DNA of 64,000 nucleotides, from NCBI GenBank assembly GCA_014905635.1, contig JABVCE010000022.1, forward strand, positions 62,001 through 126,000. The letters are read 5' to 3'. The notes beneath the pieces were generated by a model. That model had not been told where the DNA came from. It did not search any database and saw nothing but the letters and a program-made list of their open reading frames with translations. The position numbers and the translations under genes are program-made. Of the stretch, positions 35,340 to 46,655 are shown one piece after another. Numbering within the stretch: the first letter of the stretch is position 1; every line of letters begins with the position of its first letter. Source of the DNA: Scenedesmus sp. PABB004. Taxonomy: Eukaryota.

Positions 35340-36359
35340 GTGTCCCCAGCGCGCGCTCGGGCACGCTCTGTGCACGGCCGGCACTGGCAGGGCGCCAGAG
35401 GGAGCTCGCTCGAAGCTGCCGGCGCGGCTGCTAGTCGGGCGAGGCGCGGAGGGCCGGTTGGCGAGCGCGTGGGTGCGTGTGCGCCAGCAGCAGCAGCGCT
35501 GCAGGTCGGGCTGCCCGCGGGCGTCGTCGCAGGCGGCGGCCGGGGCTCAGCGCGGCGACCTGCGCCCTGCAGACCGACGACCTTGCTCTCGTTGCCAACC
35601 GCGGAGCGCGACGTGCGCGCGTCCCAGCGCGCGGATGCGGATGCAGCTGCTATCTGGCGGCAGTCGCGCCGCGCGCCGCGCCGCGCGCTGCGCGCGCCCG
35701 GGCTCCCGTGTCAGAACAGACACCCGGGCGCTAAGGAATCACCATTCGGAATGAAACGCTGCTGCTGCTCGCTCGGCGTGCGGGTCAGCGGCGCCGTGCG
35801 CGGCCGGGCGGCGCGACAGCACAGGCCGTCGCGCCGCCGGCGCCGGCCGCCGCCCTGGAGCGCCCCCAGCCGGCCGGGGCCGCATTCGCATTCGCCGCCC
35901 GCCCGAGCGCGCGGCTCTGCCCACACCCCCGGCGTTCACCACCACGAACTCGCACAACGGCAACGGCGCGCCCCCCTGGGAGTGGGTGCGGCGCCCTCGG
36001 CTCTCACAGGAGCGGGCCGGGTGGGCGGCTACGGCGGTGATGGGAGCGCAGGGGTCCGTGCACCAGAGAGAGAGATCTCGCACCAAAAAAGGGGCCGGCC
36101 AGCGCCGCCACCGGCCGCGCGGCGCGCCCGGCGCCGGCCGGCGGCGCAGGGCAGGTCGTGGTGGGGTTGGCGGCTGTCTAGGCCTTGCTTTCCGTGCAGC
36201 ACCGCCTCGCCAGTGCAGCACCGCCTCACAAACACACAGCCAGCGGCAGACACACGGCCAAAACGCGCGCCCCGCCCCGTCCCGCCAGCTGCGAGCGCGG
36301 GCCGTGCGGCGCGCTGCGTCAACAACACCGCCCTGCGCCCCGCGTGCCGTGGGCGCGCG

Positions 36360-38732
36360 TCACCGCCGCTGCAGGCTGAGCGCCGCCAAGCTCGGCAGCG
36401 GCGGCGCGGCGGCCGCCAACGCGCTCGGCCTGCCGCCGGCAGGCTGCTGCTGCGCCGCCGCGCCGCAGCCGGGGCGGCTGCAGCTGCTGCTGCCGCAGGG
36501 CGCCGCGCCCTGCCCCGCGCCGCCTGGGCAGCTGACCGACCTGCAGCCGCCGCTGCCGCCGCCGTCCTGCCGCGCCGCGCCCGCGTCGCCTGCGCCTGCA
36601 GGCGCGCTCGCGCGGCCGGCCGGCGCGGCGCCAGCGGCGCAGCGCCGCGCCGCCACCGCGCGCGCCAGCCACGGGTGCGCGAGCAGCTCCGGGATGGTCG
36701 CGCGGCGAGCCGGGTCCTTGACCAGCACGCGCCGCACAAAGTCGGCCGCCTCTGCGCTCGTGCTGCCCCAGGGCTCGCCGGTGAAGTCCGGCTCGCTGTC
36801 CATGACCGCCTTGATGATCTGGCGGTCGGTGCCGCCGTTGAAGGGCAGCCGGCCGGCGAGCATCAGGTACACGACCACGCCCACGCCCCACACGTCGGCC
36901 GCGGGGCCGTAGCAGCGCTCGAGCACCTCGGGCGCCATGTAGAACGGCGTGCCCACGATGTCGCCAAACGGCTGCGGCGCGGCGCAACGCGACGCGCGGT
37001 GAGGGCGGGCCGCGGCGACAGCAGGCGGGGCGTGTGCGCGAGCGGGGCGCGGCCGCGGCGCGCGCGGCGGCCCAGCGGCGCGGCGTCTGGCGCGCACCTC
37101 GCCCGGGCGGTGGAACGCGCTCACGCCAAAGTCGCTGATCTTCAGCACGCCCGCCGCGCTGCCCGGCGGCGCCGCGAGCGGCGTGGGCCCGCCGAGCAGG
37201 AAGTTTTCGGGCTTGACGTCGCGGTGCACGACGCCGTGCGCGTGGCAGTGCGCGAGGCTGGTGAGCATCGCGGCCGCGACGTCAGCGGCCTCGGCCTCGG
37301 GCAGGCGGCGGAAGCGGGAGATGTAGTCGAGCAGGTCGCCGCCGGTGCAGAGCTCCATGACGAGGTGGATGTTGCGCTCGTCCTCAAACACGCCGCGCAG
37401 CGCGACGATGCCCGGGTGGCCCGCGAGGTGCTGCAGGATCGCGACCTCGTGCTGCACGTCGCTCACCGCCGCGGGGCAGGCCGCGATGGAGGCCTTGCAG
37501 ATGGTCTTGCACGCCCAGGGGCGCGCGGTGCCGCGGTGCGTGACGAGGCGCGTCACGCCAAACGTGCCGCACCCGAGCGTCTGCCCAAACTCATACTCCG
37601 CGAGCACCTCGCGGCCGCCATAGTCCGGCAGCACCCAGCCCATGCCGTGCCCGACGTCGCCGCCGGGCGCGGGGCGGCTGCTGATGCGGTGCGTGCTGCC
37701 GCCGCGCCCGCCGGCGCCGCCGCTGCCGCTGCCGCCGCTCCAGAAGCTGCCGTCGCTCATCGCCGTGCAGCTGCTGTTGTGCGTCACGCACGCCGAGCCG
37801 CTGCCGTAGAAGCTCGCGCGGCCGCTGCTGCCCGCGCTCGCGCTCGCGGCGCAGAACGGCGCCATGCTGCTCGCCTGGCTCGCCGGGCTGCTGCAGCTCG
37901 GCGTCACCGCGCAGCCGCTCGTCTGGCTGCTGCACATGCTGCTGTTGGCCGACGACGGCGCCTCGCGCAGGCTGCTGCTGCAGCTGTGCAGGCGCAGCAC
38001 GCTGGGCCAGCTGCTGCGCGCGATGGGGCGGTCGAGGTGGCTGCTCGCGGCGCTCGCTGCGCCGCCCCCGCCGACGCGCGCCGCCGCCGCGGCCGCGCAC
38101 TGCGGGCAGCCGCAGCCGCCGCACAGCAGCTCTGCGCCCGCCGCATAGCCGACCTGCGGGCAACGCGGGCGCCGCGCCGTGGTGAGCCGCCGGGCGGCGC
38201 GCGGCGCGGCGCGCCGCTCCTCCTCGCGGCGGCGGCCGCGGGCGGCGCGGCCGGGCGCCGGCCAGCGCGCGGCGCGCGTGCGCCCGCGCGCCTGGTCGCT
38301 CTTGGAGCGCCCGCGCTTTTGCGGCGTGCCGCAGCCCCCGGAGGCGCCGGGCCAGCGATCCCGGCAGCTCGATGCGTCCTCGGCACAGGCGGCCGGCCCG
38401 GCCTGCGCGCGCGCGCGCGGGCGGTGCGGGGCGGGCAGCGGCGGCGCGGCATTATTGCGCGCTTCCGGGCCCGCGCTGCGGGCGCGCGGGGCGGCGCAGC
38501 GCGTCGCGGGCGCTGACGCCAGCAGGACGCCATCCGCCGCCCGCGGCGGCGCGCTCGCTCACCGGCACCGCCTGCCGGCCCGCCAGGGCCTCCAGCTGCG
38601 CGAAGGGCGTGTCCACGTCGCGATCCTGCGGCCGGCCGGGCGCGGGGCGTGAGGCGGGCTGCGCAGTGTCACCGGCGCGGGCCGGCGGCCCCGCGGCGGG
38701 CGGCGCCTCACCGAGCGTGCGAAGGCCAGCAT
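36360..38732 (-). CDS. CDPK/CAMK-family Ser/Thr protein kinase without EF-hands
   Basis: LGCGTFG, ACKTICK, HLVMELCTGGDLLD, HRDVKPENFL, SDFG, VGTPFYMAPEVL and DVWGVGV. The upstream Ser-rich exons were joined by splice-site reading, so the start at 38732 is tentative. Confidence 0.9.
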
Positions 38733-40021
38733 GGTGGGGCTCCCGCCGGGCGCGGACGCGCCGCTGGCGGCCGTGGGCGTCAGGCACACATGCTCCGCCA
38801 ACTGCATTCGCCGCGCCTCCACGCTCCCACCGCGCGCCCTGGGGCGCGGGCGCCGGCCTCCCGGTTCGTGGGCGCCGGTGTGCCCCTCCTGGGACGAGCC
38901 CCGCCCGCCGCGGCGCGGCTCTTGGCCGTCGCGTGGGCGCCGGGGCTGCCGCCCAGCCGGGTCCGGGTGAGCGGGCCCTACTGGCGTCCCATTCGTTCGG
39001 TCTTAAGGAGAAGAGGCCCTCCGGGCGCGCTGGCGGCCGCTGCGAGCCCTGCGCCGGCCGCGGGCTGCGTCCGACAGAAAACGCTGCGGCGCGAGCCGGA
39101 GGCGTGGGGCCGAGGACGGGCCTCAATCGGGCACGGAACTTTGCTGGCACCGGAGTGGGCAGGCGCCCGGGGGCGGGCGGCGCAGCCGGACCGCGGGGGC
39201 GCAGCGCTATGTTATGGGTCCAAGGACCCACGCCGGCGCAGCGTCGCTGCTCCCCGCCCGACCACGCCGCACGTTGACGCACGTCGGCGCGCCGTCGGGC
39301 GCCGCCGCGCGGGGGGCGTACATCGCCGGCACTCGCCGCCGGGGCCAGCACGCGCGCAGGGGGCCTGACGTCGACGCTGTGCCTGCCACGCCGTGCGCGA
39401 TTGGCTGCGCCGCGGCGCCCCCGCGCGCACCGGCCAGCTGGCAGCCGCGCGAGCAGCGGCGGGAGCGGCGCGCGCGGCGGCGGCGGCGGCGGCTCCGCAC
39501 AGCCCGCGAACGCTGGCCGGGCGGAGGGAGCTGAGCGGCGTGGCCTGCGCGCTAGGGGAGCCGCGGCAGTCTCCAGCGAGCGGTTGCCGCCCGAGCCCCG
39601 TGCCCCGTCCGCGCCGTCGGCTGCCGCGCGTTGGTCTAGGCCCCTGCCCTCAGGAGCTGCTGCTGCTATCGATGCACGCACAGAGCCCAGCCCCCTGCAC
39701 GGCCTGGCGGCGGCAGCAGCCGCCGCGCACGCGCGCGCGCACACACGCAGGACTCTCGGAGCGCGGGGCGCGGCATGCACACCCCGCGCACGCCGGCGCG
39801 CGCCGCGACGCGGGGCGTGAGAGCCGCGCCCTGCTGCGCTCGGGCGCGCGTGCAAGTGCCCCGGGGCCGTGCCGCGCCGCCGCACACGCGGCCGAGGCGC
39901 CATCCTGCGCACACTGTGCAGCCCCGCCCAGCCCTGAGCCCCGGACCAGAGTGCTCTCGGCCTAGCTAGTCTTGCGTTGTCCCCCGCCCCCCGCGCCCGC
40001 GCGCCCGCCGCCGGCAGGTTC

Positions 40022-43000
40022 TCACCCCGCCGCGTGCGCGGCCGCGGGCGCCGCGTAGTCGTCGCCGCACTCGAGGTTGGCGCCGCCGCGGCGCAGGCCC
40101 ACGAGCTTGGCCCAGGTGTCGCACAGCTCGCCCATGAAGCCGACATACATGCAGAGCACGTACAGGTCCAGCACCGCAAAGCCGGGCAGCGGCGACTTGC
40201 AGGCCATGTATATGTGCGTGAGCGAGACCGCGGGGTCGCGGAAACGGTCGCCGTCCACGCCCGCGCCGTACCTGCGCGGCAGTGTCGGTCGCGCGGCGGC
40301 GGCGTCGGTTGGTCGGTCGGTCGACCGCGCGCGTGGGCGGGCGCGGCGTCTCGCCCGCGCGAGCGCGGCCGCGCCGCCCCGCGCCGCGGCCCCGCCGGGC
40401 CGCGTCTCTCCCGCGCGCGCGCCCCCGCTCCCGCGCGGCGGCGCACCGTATCTTGGAGAAGGCGAGGTTCTGGAAGGCGTAGAGGTTGTTGGCGCAGTGG
40501 AAGAGGTACAGGTTGCTCCAGCGCACCCAGTGCGCGATGCGGGGGAAGGCGTCGTCGCGGACGTTGAAGAAGGGGGCGAACCCAAACGCGAGCTCCGCCC
40601 GCCCCTCGCCCCGCAGCGCGCTGATGATGCCCTCGTACAGCAGCTTCAGCGTGCCTGCGCGCGCACGAGGGCGGCGGCGGCGCGGGCGGGTGGGCGGGGC
40701 GCGGGCGCGGGCGGCGCGGGCGGCGCAGGCGGGCGCGCGGGGCGAGCAGGGCGGGCGGCGCGGGCGGGCGGCGCGGGCGGGCGGCGGCGCGGGCGGGCGG
40801 TGCGGGCGGGCGGCGGCGCGCACCGGAGTGGGCGCTGCGCTTCATCCGGCAGATGCTCGACACGTAGCCGCGCTCGGTGCCGCCCTCCCAGAGCGGGTCG
40901 AGCAGGACAAAGCCCACGAGCTCGGGCTCGCGCGGCGCGTCGGGCTCCTCCTGCGCGTGCCGCTCCTCGTGGTGGATGATGCCCGGCGCCGCGCCGCCGG
41001 CGCCCACGCCGCCGGCGCTCGCGCTCGGGCCCGCGCCGCCGGCGCCCGCGCCCGCGCCTGCGCCCGCGCCCGCGTCGCTCGGGCGGGCGCCGCCGAAGCT
41101 CGGCATGCTGGTCAGGCTGGCCATGCCGGTGAGGCTGGGCATGCCGGACAGCAGCCCGCTGAGCGAGCCGGTGCTGCTGGCGGTCGTGAGCACGCTGTTG
41201 CTGCGGCTCAGCCCGCCCGAGTGCTGGGACGCGAGGCTGCGCGAGCTCTTGTTCCGCGGCGGCTTGGGCGGCTTGGCGTTGGCGGGCACGCCCTGCAGCA
41301 CCGGGTCGACCACCGCCGGCGGCGCCGACGACGCGGGGTGGTACTGCTCCGCGACGAACAGCCGCACGCCGTCCTGCAAGCCGCGGCGCGGCGGCGCGCG
41401 GCGGCGTCAGCGCGGCGGTGCGCGGCGGGACGCGCGGCCTGCCCCCGGGGACGCGCGGTCTGCCCGCGGGGACGCGCGGTCTGCCCGCGGGGCGGCGCGG
41501 GCGCGCGGGCGCGGCTGCCGCGTGCCTGCAGTCGGAGGTTGTCGTAGTCGACGTTGCGAATGAACACGCGCAGCTCGCGGTCGGCGACGGCCTTCTGCTG
41601 CAGCCAGTCGCCCGAGACGTCGTGCTGCAGCTTCCAGCGCAGCTCGGGCGTGAGCTCGTCGCCGCGCACCTCGCGCACGCGCACGCCGGCGTCGCGCGCG
41701 GCGCGCGCGGCGCTGCGCACGGTGCGCGTCTTGGCGGTGTATGTCCAGCTCTGGACCTGCGCGGCGCGGCGCGCACGCCGCGCACGCGTCAGCCCGGCGG
41801 CACGCACGCGCGACCGCTCGAGCCTCGCCGCGCCGCTGCCGCGCCGCCGCCGCGCCGCCGCCGCGCCGCGCCTGCAGCGTCGTCTCCGCGCCGACGTCGT
41901 TGATGCAGTAGCCCATGTCGTGCAGCAGGGCCGCGTAGTCGGCGCTCGCGTGGTAAAAGTAGGTGGTGGGAAACTCGGTGATGAAGGCCTCGGTCAGGCC
42001 GCGCCAGGCCGGCGCGGCGGCGAGCGGGTCGCCGATGACCGACACGACGACGCGGTTGTACATGTCGCCGACGATGAACGGCAGGCTGCCGACGCCGGGG
42101 ACGAAGAAGTGAATGAACTCCGGGTTGAACAGCTGGCGGCGGGCGGCGGCGCGGGCGGCGGGCGGGCGGGCGGCGGGCGGGGGCGGGCGGGGCGGGCGGC
42201 GCGAGCGGGGGCATGAGTGGGACGGAGGGAGGGACCGGGAGTGAGCGGGACGGAGGGACGGAGAGAGCGGGGTGGGAGCGAGAAAGCGAGCGAGGGCGCG
42301 CGCGCGCACCTGGCTGTTGGCGATGGCGTTGCGGCCGTACTGCCGCATGTAGGGCCCCACCAGCCGCCACGCGTCCGAGTCGTGGCCTGGCGGCGAGGCG
42401 CGCGGCGCGGGCGCGGCGCGGGGGCGGGGTTGGGCGCGCGCCGCGCTGGCCGCCGCCGCGCCGGGCGCGCCGCGGCAGCTGCTGGCCCTGCCGGGGCGCG
42501 GGCCAGGCCGCAGCCAGCCCGCCCCAGGCCGCCAGGCAGCTCCCCGGCCCGCGCCGCACACCCTTGGCGGGCTCGTTGTAGAGCAGGATGGGCTTGGCGC
42601 CCGCCCCCGAGGCCACCGCGCGCAGCATGATGCGCGGCGCCTTGGCCTCGCCGGCCTCGGCCTCGGCCTTGCCGTCGGCGGGCGGCGTGTCCGGGTCCGC
42701 GCCCGCCGGCGCCGCAGCCGCTGCTGCGTCGCCGCCGGCTCCGTCCGGCGCTGCCGCTGCCTCGTCGCCGCGCGGCGCAGCTGTGGGGCCGGCGTCCACC
42801 AGCTTGACGCGCGCCCCACGTCCCGAGGCGGCCTTGGCGATGGCCGGCGGCGTCCAGACACGGCGCTGCAGCCAGCCGACCGTGGCCAGCAGCTCCAGCA
42901 CCAGCCAGAAGCCCGTGCCCACCAGCACCTGCATCGCCTTCCACCCGACCGCCAGAGCCACCGCCTGCAGTGCTGCCACCACCCGCGCGCCGCGCGCGGG

Positions 43001-43039
43001 CGGCGGCGCGCCAGGCGCGCCTGGCGCCGGGGCGGGCAT
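40022..43039 (-). CDS. Free-standing DUF2156 / MprF C-terminal-like (aminoacyl-tRNA-dependent transferase) protein with an N-terminal membrane anchor
   Basis: The spliced product has VIGDPLA, GYCINDVGAETTL, RTVRSAARAARDAGVRVREV, DWLQQKAVADRELRVF, VRLFVAE, LVGFVLLDPLW, CRMKRSAHS|GTLKLLYEGIISALRGEGRAELAFGFAPF and LYAFQNLAFSKIR|YG, in the order expected for the dual-GNAT DUF2156 domain. About 7 introns. Confidence 0.8.
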
Positions 43040-43602
43040 GCCGCGCTGCCGCGCGGGGCTGCTGGCCCAGGCAGGCCCCGCCTGGGCGCCCGAGGTGTCC
43101 GGGCCTCCTCTAGAGCGCCTCGTGGGTCGCTCGCGGCGCCTCCTGGACGCCTGGAGGCCGCGTGCGAGCCGGGGGCGTCGGGGAAAGGGGCGCCGGCTGG
43201 TTCCTGCCGCCTGCCGCGCGCTGGCCGGCCACTGGCGCCCGCGCGTGGCGCGTGGTGCGTGACGCTTGCGCGCCGCGAACTAGCGCGCGCGGAGCGAGCG
43301 TCAGGGGCGGGGCGAACGGCGCGGCCGAGCTGCCGCGGCTCAGGGTCGCGAGCCACCGATCCCCGGCCCCCACCAGCGGCACCCCCGATCTGCCGATGAC
43401 TCGCCTGAGCTCTCGGAACTGCGCGCCGCGCTGACGCGGCCTGCACGCGGGGTGGCCTTGGTCAGCGGCGGGCTGACCGCCTCGCAGCCTGGCACTCCCC
43501 AACCGGCGGCGCGCAGCGCACGCCAGAGCGCCGGCTGCCATCGTTGCCCCACCCGCCCGGACCGGAGCAGCAGCTCGCCTGCACTTGTGCAGCGCCGGCC
43601 GG

Positions 43603-46243
43603 TCAGCGGCAGGCTGGCGGCGCGGCCGCGCGCCGCGTGGGCACCAGCCACATGCCCTGCGCGACGCGCAGCTCCAGCGCCGCGACCGTCTGCGCCAGCA
43701 CGCCCGCGGGGCCGCCCATGCGCGGCGCGAGGCGCCATGAGAAGCAGGAGAGCAGCAGCGCCATCAGCACCTGCGGTCGCGGAGCAGCGCGGGGAGCTCA
43801 GCGTGCGAGCGCGCGCGCACGCGCGGGCCGCCGCCGCCGCCGCGCTCCACACCTTGCACTGCACGAGCGCGAGGTGCTGCGCGACGCAGGCCTTGGGCCC
43901 GATCCCAAACGGCACGAACCGCGCCGCGCCGCTGCCCGGGTGCGTCGCGTAGGTCGGGTCGTCGAGCCAGCGCCGCGGGTCAAACTGCGGCACGGCGCGT
44001 GCGGGCAGCGGGTCGTAGGTCGGCGGGGAGGTTGCGGGCCGGCGCGGCCGCACGCTCGCCGCGGCCGCCGGCCCGCGCGCGGCCTGGTGGCGGCACCTTG
44101 TGGGGCTCCTCCCAGTTGCCGCTGAACATTAGGATGGAGTAAAGGCAAGGGAAAACGATCACGCCGGCCGGCAGCCGGTGCGGGCCGAGCTGCGTGACGC
44201 GCTCCGTCATGCTGCGGCGCGGCCGCGGTCGCGGGCGGCGGGCGTCGCCGGGGCTGCGCGCGGCCGGCGCGGCGCGCGGCGCGCGCGGCAGGCGGCCGGC
44301 GCGGCGAGGCGCGGCGGCGCGCGTGCCGCTGCCTCACCGCGGCGTGGCGGCGACGCCGGCGGGGAACATTCGCATCGCCTCGCTGAGCACCGCGCTGCAG
44401 AATGGCAGCTGGCGCAGAAGGTCCATGTGCAGCGCTGCCGCGGCGGCGGCCGGGTCGCCGTCGCAGGGCAGCCCCGCCGCGCGCAGCTCCGCCACGCAGC
44501 CCGCCTCGGCCTCTGGGTGCTGCGTGAGCAGGTACCTGCGGCGGCGCGGCGCGTACACGCGCGGGTTTTGAGCGGGGCGTGCACGTGCATGCGCGGCGGC
44601 GCGCCGCCCCACGGGCCCGGCGCCAGCGCGCAGCGCGCCGCGCCGCGCTCACAGCGTCCACGCCAGCGTCCAGGGCACCGACTCCTGGCCCACGATCTGC
44701 AGGAATGCCTCCGCCTGCAGCGCCGGCGCGCTCAGCGGCGCGCCCGTGGCGGGGTCTGTCACGCGCGCGAGGCAGGCGGCGAGTGACACGTCGCCCGGCG
44801 CGGCGGGGCGCGCCGCCGCGACGTGCGCCGCGATCGCCGCCGTCACGGCCATGAGCTGGCGGCGCTGCGCGTGGAAGCGCCGCGCCTCCTGCGCGCACGC
44901 GGCGGGGCACGGGGCGGGCCGTTGCTGGCGCACGCGGGCGGGGGCGTTGCTGGCGCGCGCGGGCGGGCGCGGCCGGCCGGCCGGCGCACGCGCTGCGCCG
45001 CCGCCGCTCCGCCGCGCCGCCGCGCCGCCGCGCCGCCCGCACCCGGCAGAGCCCCGGGAGCGCGAGGTATGCCCAGCGCTTCCAGGGGCGCGTGACAAAG
45101 GTGTTGGTGATCGCCACGAGCGACGCGGCGGCCTCGGCGACCGCGGCGGCGTCGCCGAGCGCGGCGCGCGGCATGCGCAGGAAGCCCTCTGCCAGCAGGT
45201 TGATGGTGGCAGCAAAGATCTCCTCGTCGATCAGCACCTCCCCCTCGCCCGCTGGCTGCTGCTGCTGCCCCGGGCGCTGCTGCTGCGGCCCCGGGACGTG
45301 CAGCGACGCGCCGCTCGCGATGCGCCCGCACACATCGGCGTAGCAGCGCACGATGGCCGGGAACACCTCCCTGCGAGGCAGGCGCGGCAGCGCAGGGAGC
45401 CACTGGCGCGCCGCCCTCGCGACGGCGGCGCGGGGCCAGCCGAGCGCGGCCGTCCCGCGCTGTGGCCGCGGGCGCCCGCCGCACCTGACCGCGCTGAGCG
45501 CGTACGCCGGCGCGATGGCGCGCCGCAGCGCCCGCCAGCGCTCCTCGTTCTGCTCGGTCAGGATCGCGCTGCAGCCGCGCTGCCCGTGCGCCTGCGGCGC
45601 GGCGGCGGCGCGGGCGACGCGGGCGGCCGCGGCGTCGCGCCGCCGCCCGCCTGCACCGCGCGGCGCCGCGCGGCGCCGCCGCACACGCGTGCGCGCGCGC
45701 TCACCGAGTCGAACAGCGTGTACTCGGGCGTGCGGCGCGCGCACTCGTTTGGGCCCTTTGCGAGCACCTGCGCCGCGAGGCCGGGGTCTGCCACGAGCAC
45801 GAGGTCCCGGTGTAGGATGCGGATGCGCACGAGCGGCCCGAGCGCCTCGTGCCAGGCCAGGAACTGCTCGTGGCCGTTGGCGAGGTGCAGGGCCATCTGC
45901 AGCACGTGGCCGAGCACCGGGATGCCCCAGGGGCTCGGGACGCGCAGCAGGTCGAGCGTCGTCCAGCGCCGCACGACGAACCACCACGCCGCGAGCAACG
46001 CTAGTGCGGTGTAGGCGGCCAGAGCGGCCAGAGAAGTCGGAGACGGGGAGTGTGCGCCGGGCTCCTGGCGGCGCGGCGGCAGCAGCTCGCGGGCAGCGGC
46101 TGCGGCGACGCCCGCGCGGTGGCGGCGCCGAGCGCGGCGCGCACCGCCTGGGACTGCGCTCCAGCTCCCACCGCGACGGCTGCCAGCACCGCCAGCAGCA
46201 CGGCAGCAGCAGCGCCCCTCGGCGCGCGCCGCGGCGCGGCCAT
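43603..46243 (-). CDS. Cytochrome P450
   Basis: Pro hinge VPSPWGIPVLGH, C-helix WRALRR, I-helix IVGQESVPWTL, ExxR (EAMRMFP), FDPRRW and heme loop FVPFGIGPKACVAQHLA. TGA at 43603. Confidence 0.92.
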
Positions 46244-46655
46244 CGCTGGCGCCGTCCCGACCGGCGCCTGCGCGGCGCGGCGCCTGCCGAAACAGCAAGC
46301 CAAGCACGGCCCGCGACTCCCGGGATTTGCCCACGGCACGCCTCCGCGGCCGACCTGCGCGAGACGCGCAGAGGCCGCGCAGCCACACGCGGCGCCCCTG
46401 GTCTGCGCGTGCCGGGGTCGCGTCCGCGCTCGGATGACTCCACGCAAACTGCGCGGCCGACGCGCAGCAGGCCCCTGCGGGGCACCAGAGCAGCTCACCA
46501 GGCGCGCGCGTGACGGCGGCGCCGCGGCACACCGCCGCCGCCCACCCGGCCGCGCCCACCCCGCGCCAGGCCCTCGACGCGTCGCCCGCCTGAACGCTGC
46601 AGCTCCCGGCAGCGCCCCGGCCGGCCGCGCCCGCCCTGCCGCGACCGCAGCAGAA
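46244..46655. promoter_or_regulatory. Short head-to-head intergenic region, probable bidirectional promoter of the P450 and the methyltransferase
   Basis: About 410 bp between opposed ATGs at 46243 (-) and 46656 (+). Confidence 0.5.
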
